DNA of 64,000 nt from positions 8,567 through 72,566 of the forward strand of contig JAFGAX010000147.1 in assembly GCA_016933415.1 (NCBI GenBank), read 5' to 3'. Of this stretch, positions 38,526 to 49,219 are shown piece after piece. The notes beneath the pieces were generated by a model, which ran no database searches, was not told where the DNA came from, and saw only the letters and a program-made list of their open reading frames with translations. A program made the position numbers and the translations under genes. The DNA comes from a bacterium (GTDB lineage Bacteria; Zhuqueibacterota; QNDG01; DTFT01). Numbering within the stretch: the first letter of the stretch is position 1; every line of letters starts with the position of its first letter.

Positions 38526-38735
38526 GGTGGCATCCGTTTGTTAATGAAACATCACAGATGTGAACGACAGGTAATAGAATGCAAGTTCCATGCCACCCAA
38601 ATGTACTAATATTCAGGCGTAACAGACATCCTCGATCGTGATCGGGAGGGAAAAACCGGATGGGGGGAGGAAAAAAATGCCTGTTCCTGTACCGATTCAA
38701 GCCTCCAATCCGCTCAGTCGTTTGAAATGAACCGG

Positions 38736-39578
38736 TCAGCCTCGGCCTGGAAGAACCAGCCAGAACAGATAGGCATAGACCACCGGCGCCACCAGAATGG
38801 GCGCGTCGAAACGGTCGAACATGCCGCCATGACCGGGCAGTAGATTTGAAGAATCCTTGACGCCGGCGTCCCGTTTGAATACGGATTCGGTCAGATCCCC
38901 GATTTGAGAAAAAACGCCGATGATCACTCCGATCAGAATTGCATCCGTTGTGCTCAGCATCGGCAGGGTCCGGTTTTGAATGAACACGCTGACCAGAGGC
39001 GCGGATACCAGGCCCGCGAGACCGCCTTCCCACGTTTTCTTCGGGCTGACCCGCGGAAAAAGCCTGTGCCGACCGAAGCTGGAGCCGATAAAATAAGCCG
39101 CCGTATCACAGACCCAGATCGTCAAAACGGTCATCAGCAGAATCCAGCCTCCAGCCGCATAGGGCCATCCGGCGCTGGCCGGAAGCTCCCGGATCGGGAT
39201 GAAAAATGAAAAGAGACCGATATAGAAAAAACCTGCAATGGATGCGGAGGCATTGGCGATGGCGCCCGGCTTTCCGCGGAAGAGCTCGACCAGGAGCGAC
39301 AGCACGAGAAAGCATCCTGCCACGCGGGCGGCGTCCGGTGTTCCGCCGAAATACCAGGCCGCGTTGAGCGCAGGAAACGCGGCCAGCCCGGGCCAGACGG
39401 CCGGATGGATACCCTTGCGTTTCGAAAGGCCGCGCCATTCCCAGAATGAAACCGCCTGGACGATGGTAATCAGGACGGGCAGGGCCAGAAGACCGATCCG
39501 GAGCGAACCCAGGATGATGGGGATGCCGAACACGGCCACGGCGACTCTTTTCGGAAGCGTGGAATAATCGGAACTCAT
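38736..39578 (-). CDS. cdsA: Phosphatidate cytidylyltransferase (CDP-diglyceride synthase)
   Basis: Eight transmembrane segments and the C-terminal signature SxxKRxxGxKDxSxLLPGHGGMxDRFD; start placed at the ATG at 39578, overlapping the upstream stop (ATGA). Confidence 0.75.
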   Translation of the reverse strand: MSSDYSTLPKRVAVAVFGIPIILGSLRIGLLALPVLITIVQAVSFWEWRGLSKRKGIHPAVWPGLAAFPALNAAWYFGGTPDAARVAGCFLVLSLLVELFRGKPGAIANASASIAGFFYIGLFSFFIPIRELPASAGWPYAAGGWILLMTVLTIWVCDTAAYFIGSSFGRHRLFPRVSPKKTWEGGLAGLVSAPLVSVFIQNRTLPMLSTTDAILIGVIIGVFSQIGDLTESVFKRDAGVKDSSNLLPGHGGMFDRFDAPILVAPVVYAYLFWLVLPGRG

Positions 39579-41119
39579 GTGCGGCGCTCTCCGGAGTTGG
39601 TGAGATAAATGCCCTTCAGACCCTCGACCGGACAGCGCACGGCGCAGATGCCGCATCCCACACAGGAGTCCTCGACCACGTATGGCTGCAGGACCGTGTT
39701 CTCCCGGCCGTCGATGGTGATCACCGCCGCCTCCCTGAAGCGGATCGCTTTTTCAGGAACGGGGCAGTGTTCTTCGCACACCATGCAGTTTTCGCCGTAA
39801 TACCAGGGGATGCACCGCGTCTTGTCAAAATGTGCGGTTCCCATCTTGACCGTCGTTTTCTCCTCCGCATTCAGCCGTGGAATGGCGCCTGTCGGGCAGA
39901 CCTGTCCGCACAGGTTGCAGTGATACTCGCAGTATCCCTTTGGAGGGGACAGAACCGGCGTTCCCAGACCGTCCCATCCCGCCTCCAGACCGGCCAGTTG
40001 AAGCCCCTGACCGGAGGTGGAACAGACCCGGACGCATTCGCCGCAGCGGATGCACCGGTCCAGGAATTCATCCTCGATTCGGGCGGCAGGCGGACGAATG
40101 ACCAGGCCGCTGCGGACCGGGTCGGTGAAACGGGTGCGCGCCAGACCCGCGGCGAAGAGACCGGCCACTCCAGCGCCCAGCAGTTTCCTGCGGGACAGGT
40201 CGACCGGAGCCGCGGAAGGTTTGCCGACGAAACGGAATCGGACGACCTGATCCGGGCATACGGCCTGACAGTCCATGCAGTTGATGCATTCCGCGTGACG
40301 GGTCGAACGATAATCCGCGGGGATGGCGTCCATCCGGCACTCGGCCGCGCAGAGCCCGCAGGCCCGGCACCGGTCCCCGACCGTGCGGCGGTACCAGCGC
40401 CGGCGGGCCAGAATCCCGAGGAGTCCGCCCAGCGGGCACAGGTATCGACACCAGAAACGTCTCCGAATCAACCCGGTCAGGAGAATGGCCAGAAACATCA
40501 CGGCGATCCAGAAAGCGCCGCTGAAATCGGAAGGCGCCACGGGAAGGAATGAGCCGTGCAGCCAGTCATCCGCCCGGCCGACCGCGGAGTCCAGAAAAGG
40601 GACGCCCGACAGAAAGGCGAGAAGGCCTTCCGTCATCCAGACAAAAAGCGGAAAAATCACGGCGGTCAGGGTGCGCGTCAGGATTGAGATCGGATCGAAC
40701 CATCCCGCCATTTGAACGGAAAAGACCGCCGCGGTCACGAGAGCGGCAAGCAGAAAGTATTTCACGCTTCTGAGCCGGGCGGATACCGCCGGAGCAAACC
40801 CGTCCGGGCTTCGGCCGGGCCCGCGTTTCCGGACGGGTTTCGTGCAGTTGTCAAAGCCGTCGATGACAGTACCCATCGGGCACACCCAACCGCAGAAAAA
40901 CCGGCCGAGCACGACTCCGGCCGCAACAAGAACCATGGCCCAGAGGCAGGCGGGGATCCAGGAACGGCCGGCGACCGCCGCGGTGAACGTGACGAGGGGG
41001 CTCAGACGAAGGAAAGCGTCCACGGGAAGCCCGGTCTCAAGAGGATAGGAAGCCTTGATCCAGAACAAAATGAAAAGCAGAAGGAAGAAGATCTGTGAAA
41101 TCCGTCTTGCGGTGCGCAT
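39575..41119 (-). CDS. NapH/MauN-like membrane polyferredoxin (integral membrane protein with several 4Fe-4S clusters)
   Basis: N-terminal transmembrane segments with FCGWVCPMG, followed by several CxxCxxCxxxCP ferredoxin motifs (CIRCGECVRVC, CNLCGQVCP, CVGCGICAVRCP); 514 aa. Confidence 0.7.
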   Translation of the reverse strand: MRTARRISQIFFLLLFILFWIKASYPLETGLPVDAFLRLSPLVTFTAAVAGRSWIPACLWAMVLVAAGVVLGRFFCGWVCPMGTVIDGFDNCTKPVRKRGPGRSPDGFAPAVSARLRSVKYFLLAALVTAAVFSVQMAGWFDPISILTRTLTAVIFPLFVWMTEGLLAFLSGVPFLDSAVGRADDWLHGSFLPVAPSDFSGAFWIAVMFLAILLTGLIRRRFWCRYLCPLGGLLGILARRRWYRRTVGDRCRACGLCAAECRMDAIPADYRSTRHAECINCMDCQAVCPDQVVRFRFVGKPSAAPVDLSRRKLLGAGVAGLFAAGLARTRFTDPVRSGLVIRPPAARIEDEFLDRCIRCGECVRVCSTSGQGLQLAGLEAGWDGLGTPVLSPPKGYCEYHCNLCGQVCPTGAIPRLNAEEKTTVKMGTAHFDKTRCIPWYYGENCMVCEEHCPVPEKAIRFREAAVITIDGRENTVLQPYVVEDSCVGCGICAVRCPVEGLKGIYLTNSGERRT

Positions 41120-41131
41120 GGCGGCCGTCCG

Positions 41132-42040
41132 TCAAGCGCCGAGGTTCACGGTGCGGACAGACACGCGGCTGAGGTCATTCTCTCCGAGTCCCCTGCGTTT
41201 CGCCTCGGTCAGGAAAGGAATACGGCCGGGATTCAGGCTGAACAGGGTCGCGCCGAACGCATCCACCGCAACGGGATCCGTCCCGGCGATGACGGTTCGA
41301 CGGAGTGAGACGTCGGAGAGATTGCCGCCGCTCGGACCGTTGCGTGTCAGGACGCGGAATGCATCCAGGACGATGAGGTCCGGACGGATGCGGGCGTTGA
41401 GATCCGCTATCTTCGGCGCGAAATCACGGTGAAACTGTCCGCGATTGCCGCCGATGACGCCCATCAGATTCTTCATGCCGAGGGAGACGCCTGCGTCCGG
41501 CACGCTGTGATGCTTGGCCGCCGGGACATTGATCAGCCGGTCCGCCTCCAGCACGTCTTCGTAGACCTCCCACGATCGAATTTTCTCGCCTTCCGGAAAG
41601 GCCGTAGACTTGAACTTACGCTCCGACACGAAGGAAACCTCGGCGCCGGCCCGGCGCGCGGCCTGTTCGATGCCGGACCGCTTGTAGCACCGCCGGGGCT
41701 CGTTGAGCGTGAAATCAAAGACGCGTACTTTTTTTGCCCCCGCCTCGAGGGCCATGCGGACCACTTCGGCCACCACTTCCGGGTTCGTCGTGGCGCCCTG
41801 CTCCGGAACGCGGTCCCAGGCGATGTTGGGTTTCACCACGACCACGTCCCCGGGTTTGACGAATTTCCGCATCCCCCCGATTTCATCGACCGCCCGGCGC
41901 GCGAGCGCGGCGGGAGAACCTTCCCGGGCCACGGCGATTTCAGGAGCGGGCGCGGCAAAGGCCGGAGGGTGCTTGCGCAGGATCAGGGAACCTGCAGCCG
42001 CCAGCAGGGCGGATCGTTCGAGAAACGCGCGTCTGTCCAT
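41132..42040 (-). CDS. DUF362-domain protein with a twin-arginine (Tat) signal peptide
   Basis: MDRRAFLERSALLAAAGS Tat motif; DUF362 core (VVVKPNIAW..., GVIGGNRGQFH); 302 aa. Confidence 0.6.
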   Translation of the reverse strand: MDRRAFLERSALLAAAGSLILRKHPPAFAAPAPEIAVAREGSPAALARRAVDEIGGMRKFVKPGDVVVVKPNIAWDRVPEQGATTNPEVVAEVVRMALEAGAKKVRVFDFTLNEPRRCYKRSGIEQAARRAGAEVSFVSERKFKSTAFPEGEKIRSWEVYEDVLEADRLINVPAAKHHSVPDAGVSLGMKNLMGVIGGNRGQFHRDFAPKIADLNARIRPDLIVLDAFRVLTRNGPSGGNLSDVSLRRTVIAGTDPVAVDAFGATLFSLNPGRIPFLTEAKRRGLGENDLSRVSVRTVNLGA

Positions 42041-42057
42041 GGGTTTTCCGTTCCGGT

Positions 42058-44529
42058 CTAATGGGTGTCCTGGGGCTTGACCGACCTGGGATGATCAACT
42101 TTTTTCTTGACCGATTCGGCATCCACGAATTCGAGCCCGTCGTCCTTGCTGCGGACCAGGATCTGGGCGCCGCTTGGGAAACGGTTTCTCAGGAGTTCCT
42201 CGGCGATCGGGTCCTCCACGTACTTCCGCACAATGCGGCGGACCTGCCGGGCGCCGTAAGTGGGGTCATATCCCTTGTCTACGAGGAATTCCTTGGCCTT
42301 GTCCGTGAAAACGACCTGCACGTTCCGATCCTGAAGTTCCTTCAGGCTGTTCTGCAGCGCCAGATCGACGATACGGAGCATGTGTTCCCGGCGGAGCGGC
42401 CGGAATACCACGCTCTCGTCAATGCGGTTGATGAATTCCGGGTTGAACAGCCTCTTGGTCTCCTCCAGCATGACGGATCGCATCGACTCGTAGTCGATTT
42501 CGTCGGCTTTTGCGCTGAATCCGTAAGATCCCTTGCGGATCGCGCGGGTGCCGATATTGGAGGTCATGATCAGAATCGTGTTCTTAAAATCGACTTTCCG
42601 GCCGAGTCCGTCGGTGAGGTGGCCGTCGTCCAGAATCTGCAGGAGGAGATTGAAGACGTCCGGATGGGCCTTTTCAATCTCGTCCAGCAGCACGACGGAA
42701 TAGGGCCTTCGGCGCACTTTCTCCGTCAGCTGTCCCCCCTCCTCGTAGCCGACATAGCCGGGAGGCGCGCCGGTCATTCGGGAAACGGCGAATTTTTCCA
42801 TGAACTCCGACATGTCCATCCGGATCAGGGCGTTTTCGTCGTCGAACAGGTACTCGGCGAGCACTTTGGCCAGGTAGGTCTTGCCGACACCGGTGGGCCC
42901 CAGGAAGAGAAATGAGCCGATCGGACGGCGGGGATCCTTGAGACCCGCGCGTGTCCGGCAGATGGCCCGGCTCAGAATGTCGATGCTTTCGTCCTGGCCG
43001 ATCACACGCTGTTTCAGGACCGAGGACATGGCGAGCAGTTTTTCGGACTCGGACTGGGCGACGCGGGACATGGGAATGCCGGTCATCATCGAGACGACTT
43101 CCGCGATGTCGTCCATCGTGACCGTGGCCAGGGCCTCCCCTTCCTCCTCCTCCCACCGTTTCCGGGCGTCCTCGAGATCCGTCTGAAGCTTTTTCTCTCG
43201 ATCCCGCAGAACGGCGGCTTTCTCGAACTCCTGGTTCCGGATCACGTTTTCCTTCTCGGTTCGGATGACCTTGAGACGCTCCTCGAACATGGTGATCTCG
43301 CGCGGAACGGCGATATTGGCGAGATGCACCTTCGATCCGGCCTCATCCAGCACGTCGATGGCCTTGTCCGGCAGGAACTTGTCGGTGATGTACCGGTCCG
43401 AAAGACGCACGCAGGCTTCGACTGCGTCCTCGGCGTAGCGAATCCGATGATGCTTTTCATACCGCTCCCGCAGACCGTACAGGATGCGGATGGTGTCCTG
43501 CACCGAGGGCGGATCGACGATCACCTTCTGAAAACGCCGTTCCAGGGCCCCGTCCTTTTCGATGTACTGCCGGTACTCGTCCAGCGTGGTCGCGCCGATG
43601 CACTGCAGTTCACCGCGGGCCAGCGCGGGCTTGAACATGTTCGATGCGTCCAGAGATCCGGACGCGCCGCCGGCCCCGACGATGGTGTGCAGTTCGTCGA
43701 TGAAGAGGATGATGTTCTTCGATTTGCCGAGCTCGTTCATAATGGCTTTCATGCGCTCTTCGAACTGGCCGCGGTATTTTGTGCCTGCCACGATGGCGCC
43801 GAGGTCCAGCGTCACCACGCGCTTGTTGTGCAGGACCCGCGAGACGTTCTTCTCGATGATGCGCATGGCCAGGCCTTCGGCGATGGCCGTCTTGCCGACT
43901 CCCGGCTCTCCGATGAGGACGGGATTGTTTTTCTTGCGGCGGGACAGGATCTGGGCAACCCGTTGGATTTCGTTTTCGCGACCGATGACGGGATCCAGTT
44001 CCCCCTTCTGCGCGAGTACGGTCAGGTCCCGGCCGAAATGGTCGAGTGCCGGCGTCTGCGATTTGCTCTTCGGTTCCTTCTGCGTGGACGTGCCCCGCAG
44101 GACGTTTTCCAGCTCTTCGAGAACGGCCTCGTAGGTGACATCGAAGCTCGACAGCACCTGGGCGGCGATGCCCTCCTGGTCGCGGAGCAGGGCCAGCAGC
44201 AGATGCTCGGTTCCGATCACGTTCGATTTGAAGCGTTCGGCTTCGGCCGTGGCCACGCGCAGCACCCGTTCTGCCCGCTTCGTGAACGGTATATTACCCA
44301 CGGTGATGGTGCCGCCGGAAGACTTGACCGTGTCTTCGACCGCTTTTTTCAGTTCCTCGAGATCCAGGTCCATATTCTGAAAGATCTCAATGGCCACGCC
44401 TCCGCCCTCCTTGATGAGGCCGAGCAGAAGGTGCTCCGTGCCGATGTAGTCGTGGCCGAGCCGCAACGCTTCTTCCCGGGAAAGCTGAATCACGAGTTGT
44501 ACACGTTGCGAAAAATTATTCTTGATCAT
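42058..44529 (-). CDS. clpC: ClpC/ClpA-type AAA+ chaperone (Clp_N repeats, two AAA+ modules, UVR motif)
   Basis: Two Clp_N repeats, Walker A GEPGVGKT and [11 protein letters not shown]-like coiled coil between the AAA+ modules, ClpB_D2-small domain; 823 aa. Confidence 0.9.
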   Translation of the reverse strand: MIKNNFSQRVQLVIQLSREEALRLGHDYIGTEHLLLGLIKEGGGVAIEIFQNMDLDLEELKKAVEDTVKSSGGTITVGNIPFTKRAERVLRVATAEAERFKSNVIGTEHLLLALLRDQEGIAAQVLSSFDVTYEAVLEELENVLRGTSTQKEPKSKSQTPALDHFGRDLTVLAQKGELDPVIGRENEIQRVAQILSRRKKNNPVLIGEPGVGKTAIAEGLAMRIIEKNVSRVLHNKRVVTLDLGAIVAGTKYRGQFEERMKAIMNELGKSKNIILFIDELHTIVGAGGASGSLDASNMFKPALARGELQCIGATTLDEYRQYIEKDGALERRFQKVIVDPPSVQDTIRILYGLRERYEKHHRIRYAEDAVEACVRLSDRYITDKFLPDKAIDVLDEAGSKVHLANIAVPREITMFEERLKVIRTEKENVIRNQEFEKAAVLRDREKKLQTDLEDARKRWEEEEGEALATVTMDDIAEVVSMMTGIPMSRVAQSESEKLLAMSSVLKQRVIGQDESIDILSRAICRTRAGLKDPRRPIGSFLFLGPTGVGKTYLAKVLAEYLFDDENALIRMDMSEFMEKFAVSRMTGAPPGYVGYEEGGQLTEKVRRRPYSVVLLDEIEKAHPDVFNLLLQILDDGHLTDGLGRKVDFKNTILIMTSNIGTRAIRKGSYGFSAKADEIDYESMRSVMLEETKRLFNPEFINRIDESVVFRPLRREHMLRIVDLALQNSLKELQDRNVQVVFTDKAKEFLVDKGYDPTYGARQVRRIVRKYVEDPIAEELLRNRFPSGAQILVRSKDDGLEFVDAESVKKKVDHPRSVKPQDTH

Positions 44530-44640
44530 GGTGTAAGTCCTTTATTCTGAAAAAAATGACAGCCCTAATTTGATATGCAAATATCAGGCCATCAAACCGG
44601 AATCAGTCAGCGTTTTTGACGGCGTCTAACATCATATTTT

Positions 44641-45336
44641 TCATGGTTTCTTGATTCCACCGTCTACCATTTCGATGACCCGGTCTGCCTTTTTGGCCAG
44701 GTCTGGATTGTGAGTGACCACCACAAAAGACATGTTTTCCTGCCGGACTCTGTTCCACATCAGTTCATGCAGGGCGTCGCTGTTCGCGCGGTCCAGATTC
44801 CCCGAGGGTTCGTCCGCGAGAACCAGGACCGGATTGTTGACCAGCGCGCGCGCGAATGCGACCCGTTGCTGTTCCCCGCCCGAAAGTTCTCTCGGCTTGT
44901 GCAGCCTGCGGTTCGAAAGACCCATGGCATCAAGAAGTATTCTGGAACGCCGGAAGGCATGGTCCGGTGTTTCACGGGCGATGAGGGCGGGCATGGCGAC
45001 GTTCTCCTCGGCGCTGAAGTCCGGCAGGAGATGGTGGAACTGGAAGACGAACCCGATGCGGCGGTTGCGGAATCCGGACAGGCGCGAATCATTCATCGAA
45101 AAGACGGGAACGGATTCGATGGAAACGTTGCCCCGGGTGGGCCGGTCCAGAGCGCCGAGTATATGCAGAAGGGTGCTCTTTCCGGCTCCGGACGGGCCGA
45201 TCACGGCGAGGATTTCACCTTGGACGATCTTCAGGTCAATTCCCTTCAGGACCGGAAGCGTGCGGTGGCCCGCGATCGGGAAGGATTTATGGATGTCTTC
45301 AGCTGAAAGCAGAACGCTGGATCCGGTTTTATTCAT
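44641..45336 (-). CDS. lolD: Lipoprotein-releasing system ATP-binding protein
   Basis: ABC ATPase (GPSGAGKST, LSGGEQQRVAFARAL, LADEPSGNLD); 231 aa. Confidence 0.85.
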   Translation of the reverse strand: MNKTGSSVLLSAEDIHKSFPIAGHRTLPVLKGIDLKIVQGEILAVIGPSGAGKSTLLHILGALDRPTRGNVSIESVPVFSMNDSRLSGFRNRRIGFVFQFHHLLPDFSAEENVAMPALIARETPDHAFRRSRILLDAMGLSNRRLHKPRELSGGEQQRVAFARALVNNPVLVLADEPSGNLDRANSDALHELMWNRVRQENMSFVVVTHNPDLAKKADRVIEMVDGGIKKP

Positions 45337-46576
45337 AGCGGATCGCCTCCACGGGAATCAGGTCGGCCGCTTTTTTGGCCGGATAAATCGAGGCGACCAG
45401 GCAGATCAATACGGAGGCCAGGCCGATGTAGAGAAAATCCGTTGCCTGCATCCGTACGGGCATGACGCTGATGAAGTAAACGTCTCCCGGAAGGGAGATG
45501 AACTTATAGGTCTGCTGGGCCCAGCACAGGCCGTATCCGACGGCCAGGCCGAGCGCGGTGCCGGTGATTCCCACGCCCACGCCGAGGCAAAGAAATAGCC
45601 GCATCACTCCCCCGGAAGTCGCGCCGATGGATTTCAGAATGCCGATTTCCTTCGTTTTCTCCATGACGACCATGATGATGGTGCTGATGATGTTGAAGGC
45701 CGCCACCATGATGATCAGGGAGAGAATGATGAACATGGCGATTTTTTCAAGCTGCATCCATGAAAACAGATTCTTCCGCATCTCGAACCAGGTCATCGGA
45801 TAATAGGGGAACCCCAGGCGTTTCTCGATGGTGTCGACCACGGCGTCCGCCTTGTACAGGTCGTCCAGCCGCAGCTCGATTCCCGAAACGCGTCCGCCCA
45901 TTCTGAAAAGCTCCTGCGCGGCCGCGTTTGAAATGTAGACATAGGTGTTGTCGTATTCGTACATGCCGGTTTCAAAATAACCTGTGACGATGAACTGCTT
46001 GACGGGCGGCATTTGAAGCATGGAGCGGATGCCCGACGGACTGAACAGGGTGACCACATCACCTGGCTCCGCGAGAAGCCGGTCGGCCAGATAGCGCCCC
46101 AGAACGATGCCGGGAAGCGTACGGCCGTCGCCGCGCGGGACGGGGCCCAGATCGAGCCGGCCGTAGGCCATGTTGCGTGACAGGTCGGAGACTTCGTCGA
46201 GGGTCCCCGGATCCGCGCCCCGGATGAGGCAGCCGTCGTTCCGGTCACCTGCCTGGATCATCCCCTTTTCCAGGATGTAGGGGGAAAGGCCGATGACGTG
46301 CGGAATGCCCCGGATTTTCTCCAGGACGGCGGCCGGGTCGGAGATGCCCTCGTCGTGATAGCTGCGGACCCGGATGTGGGTGTCGAAACCGATGATGCGC
46401 GATCGAACCTCGGATTCGAAGCCGTTCATGACCGACAGGACGATGATAAGGGCCGCCACGCCGATGGTGACCCCGAGAATCGAGATCCAGGCGATCAGGG
46501 TGATGAAACCCGTCCGCCGCCGGGCGCTGAGGTACCGGCGGGCGACGAACCATTCGTATGGAATCCATTTCTTCAT
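45329..46576 (-). CDS. lolC: Lipoprotein-releasing system permease (LolC/LolE family, FtsX fold)
   Basis: MKKWIPYEWFVARRYL N-terminus typical of LolC/E, MacB-like periplasmic domain and a C-terminal FtsX four-helix bundle; start moved to the internal ATG so that it does not overlap lysS. Confidence 0.8.
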   Translation of the reverse strand: MKKWIPYEWFVARRYLSARRRTGFITLIAWISILGVTIGVAALIIVLSVMNGFESEVRSRIIGFDTHIRVRSYHDEGISDPAAVLEKIRGIPHVIGLSPYILEKGMIQAGDRNDGCLIRGADPGTLDEVSDLSRNMAYGRLDLGPVPRGDGRTLPGIVLGRYLADRLLAEPGDVVTLFSPSGIRSMLQMPPVKQFIVTGYFETGMYEYDNTYVYISNAAAQELFRMGGRVSGIELRLDDLYKADAVVDTIEKRLGFPYYPMTWFEMRKNLFSWMQLEKIAMFIILSLIIMVAAFNIISTIIMVVMEKTKEIGILKSIGATSGGVMRLFLCLGVGVGITGTALGLAVGYGLCWAQQTYKFISLPGDVYFISVMPVRMQATDFLYIGLASVLICLVASIYPAKKAADLIPVEAIRYE

Positions 46577-46601
46577 CGATTTGCGTTCCCCGTCCGTGAT
46601 T

Positions 46602-48104
46602 TCACGCGGGCCGTTCCGGCCGCATCGCCGGAAACAGGATGACGTCACGGATGGTTGGCGCGTCCGTGAGCAGCATGGTCAGGCGGTCGACCCCGATGCC
46701 CAGTCCGGCCGTGGGCGGCATGCCGTATTCCAGTGCCCGCAGAAAATCCTCGTCCAGCAGCATGGCTTCTTCGTCGCCGGCCGCGCGGAGACCCGCCTGC
46801 TCCTGGAAACGCCGCCTCTGATCGAGCGGATCGTTCAGTTCGCTGAAGGCGTTGCAGAGTTCGCGGCCCGCGATGAACCCTTCGAACCGTTCGACCAGAC
46901 CGGGCGAGGAGCGGTGTTTTTTCGCCAGGGGCGACAGTTCGATGGGGTAATCCGTAATGAACGTCGGCTGAACCAGATGCGGCTGTACGGTCTGGGAGAA
47001 TATTTCATCCAGCCATTTCCCGCGGCCCGGATTGCCTTCAACCTGGAGGCGCAGTTTTGCGGCGATCGCTTTCAGCCGGGGAATGTCCATGCCGGAGCAG
47101 TCCTCCCCCGTGTGTCTCCGGATCGCCTCGAAGAACGGAATCCGCTCCCAGGGCGGCGTCAAGCGAAGTTCGACTCCCTGGTGGATCACCGTTCCGTCGC
47201 CGAGGACGTTCAGGCAGACCGTATGGACCATTTCCTCGACCAGGGACTGCATGAAAACGTAATCGCGGTAGGCGACGTACAGCTCCATCATGGTGAATTC
47301 CGGATTGTGGTCCCGGTCCATCCCCTCGTTCCGGAAATCCTTGGCGATTTCGAAAACCCCTTCGAATCCGCCGACCAGGAGCCGCTTGAGATAGAGTTCG
47401 TCCGCGATGCGGAGATACAACGGCATGTCCAGGGCATGGTGGTGGGTGGTGAAGGGGCGTGCGAAGGCGCCTCCGTACTGCGGCTGAAGCGCCGGCGTCT
47501 CCACCTCCAGGTATCCCCGGCCTTCGAGATACCGCCTCATTTCCGATACAATCCTGGAGCGCAGGACAAAGGTCCTGCGCACCTCCGGATTGACGGCCAG
47601 GTCGGCGTAACGCTGGCGGTACCGGGTTTCCTTGTCGGCGAACGCGTCATACACGGTTTTTTCGTCGCCTTCGATCTTCTCCTTGACGATGGGCAGCGGT
47701 CTGAGAGACTTGGATAAAAGCGTCAGCTCCGCGGCCTGAATCGTGGTCTCGCCGGTCCGGGTCCGGAAAACCTCTCCCTTGACGCCGATGAAATCCCCCA
47801 GGTCGAGCAGGCGGAAAACCGCGTATCCGTCTTCGCCCAGCCGGTCCTGCGCGAAATAGACCTGAATGCGGCCCGAAGCGTCGGCGATGTGGGCGAAACT
47901 CGCCTTTCCCATGCGTCGGAGCGACACCAGACGGCCCGCGACGGCCGTGGTCACGGATGCGCCGCCGCCCGACTCGAAGGCGCTGTGCGCTTCGGCGGCT
48001 GAATGGGTGCGGTCAAAGGCATAGGTGTAGGGATTGACGCCGAGGGATTCCAGCTTTTCCAGTTTTTCGATCCGCTGCCGGCGCAGTTCTTCCAAGGGGT
48101 CCAA
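46602..48104 (-). CDS. lysS: Lysyl-tRNA synthetase (class II)
   Basis: OB-fold anticodon-binding domain and class II core (GYLEVETP, FEIAKDFRNEG, GLGIGVDRLTM). Start re-assigned to the TTG at 48104 (M-DPLEELRRQRIEKL), with AGGAGA 6 nt upstream and 10 nt after the prfB stop; the ORF-track start 48401 would overlap prfB by 285 nt. Confidence 0.9.
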   Translation of the reverse strand: MDPLEELRRQRIEKLEKLESLGVNPYTYAFDRTHSAAEAHSAFESGGGASVTTAVAGRLVSLRRMGKASFAHIADASGRIQVYFAQDRLGEDGYAVFRLLDLGDFIGVKGEVFRTRTGETTIQAAELTLLSKSLRPLPIVKEKIEGDEKTVYDAFADKETRYRQRYADLAVNPEVRRTFVLRSRIVSEMRRYLEGRGYLEVETPALQPQYGGAFARPFTTHHHALDMPLYLRIADELYLKRLLVGGFEGVFEIAKDFRNEGMDRDHNPEFTMMELYVAYRDYVFMQSLVEEMVHTVCLNVLGDGTVIHQGVELRLTPPWERIPFFEAIRRHTGEDCSGMDIPRLKAIAAKLRLQVEGNPGRGKWLDEIFSQTVQPHLVQPTFITDYPIELSPLAKKHRSSPGLVERFEGFIAGRELCNAFSELNDPLDQRRRFQEQAGLRAAGDEEAMLLDEDFLRALEYGMPPTAGLGIGVDRLTMLLTDAPTIRDVILFPAMRPERPA

Positions 48105-48115
48105 ACCGTGTTCTC

Positions 48116-49214
48116 CTATCGGTTGAATTCGAGCAGGTAAGCCTTGATGAAGGGATCCAGGTCTCCGTCCATGACGGACTGCACGTCGGATGTCTCGGTG
48201 TCGGTCCGGTGATCCTTCACCATGTTGTAGGGATGGAAAACGTAGGAGCGGATCTGATTGCCCCACGAAATGTCCTTTTTCTGCTTCTCCATCGCCTCGA
48301 ACTTCCGGCCCTCCTCCTCCTTCCGCAGCTGGTAGAGACGGGCCGTCAGCATCTTCATGGCGTTCGCCTTGTTCTGGTGCTGGGACCGTTCGTTCTGGCA
48401 CTGCGTCACGATGCCGGTCGGGATGTGGGTGATCCGGACCGCGGAACTGGTCTTGTTGACGTGCTGTCCGCCCGCGCCTGAGGACCGGTAGGTGTCGATC
48501 CGGAGTTCCGAGGGATCGATGGTGACCGTGATGGATTCGTCGATTTCCGGGTAGACGAAAACGGATGCGAAGGACGTGTGCCGGCGCTTATTCGCGTCGA
48601 ATGGAGAAATGCGCACGAGCCGATGCACGCCGGCTTCGGCCTTCAGGTACCCGTAGGCGTTCGCGCCCTTGATTTCGATGGAGGCGCTCTTCAGACCGGC
48701 CTCGTCCCCATCCTGGTAGTCCATGACATCGGACTGGAATTGATGACGCTGGGCGAAACGGAGATACATCCGGAACAGCATTTCCGCCCAGTCCTGCGAT
48801 TCGGTGCCGCCGGCGCCCGGATGGATGGTGAGAATGGCGTTCCGGCCGTCATCCTCGCCGCCGAGCATGCGCCGAAGTTCCAGGTCGGCCAGCGCTTCGT
48901 TGAGACGAACCCTGCCCCGTTCCACCTCCTCGAGAGCCGAGGCGTCGTTTTCTTCGGCCGCCAGTTCCAGGAATCCCGAGAGTTCGTCAAACTGGGCGCG
49001 AATGGAATCCCACGGGCCTGTCCAGCTTTTCAGCTCGGTGATCTGTCTCAGGACGCCCTGGGCTTTCTCGTTGTCGCTCCAGAAGTCGGGCTGTGCTGTG
49101 AGCTGTTCGAGCTGAAGCGCCTTTTCTTTTCTGGACGCGATGTCAAAGATGCCTCCAGAGATTCTGAATGCGTTCTTCATCGGATGCGAGCAGGCGCTTG
49201 AGTTCTTCGGACAT
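48116..49214 (-). CDS. prfB: Peptide chain release factor 2, made by a programmed +1 ribosomal frameshift
   Basis: Frame-0 ORF MSEELKRLLASDEERIQNLWRHL ends at CUU-UGA-C. The +1 frame continues DIASRKEKALQLEQL... through the GGQ and SPF motifs to 48116. An SD-like GGAGG sits 3 nt upstream of CUU. Confidence 0.85.
49143..49148 (-). other. Programmed +1 frameshift site CUU UGA (C) of prfB
   Basis: tggaGGAGGcatCTTTGAc read on the minus strand, identical in design to the E. coli RF2 recoding site. Confidence 0.8.
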
Positions 49215-49219
49215 GCGAT

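Noticed and set aside
48105-48401. 99-codon N-terminal extension of lysS in the ORF track, overlapping prfB by 285 nt
   Set aside because: It has no similarity to LysRS N-termini (Pro/Gly/Arg-rich). The TTG at 48104 with an AGGAGA site immediately follows the prfB stop and gives a canonical LysRS N-terminus (MDPLEELRRQRIEKL…).
49178-49180. ORF-track start codon of prfB (MKNAFRISGGIF…)
   Set aside because: This Met lies in the +1 frame upstream of the CUU UGA C recoding site. The true initiation codon is the frame-0 ATG at 49214. The +1-frame N-terminal residues are not RF2 sequence.
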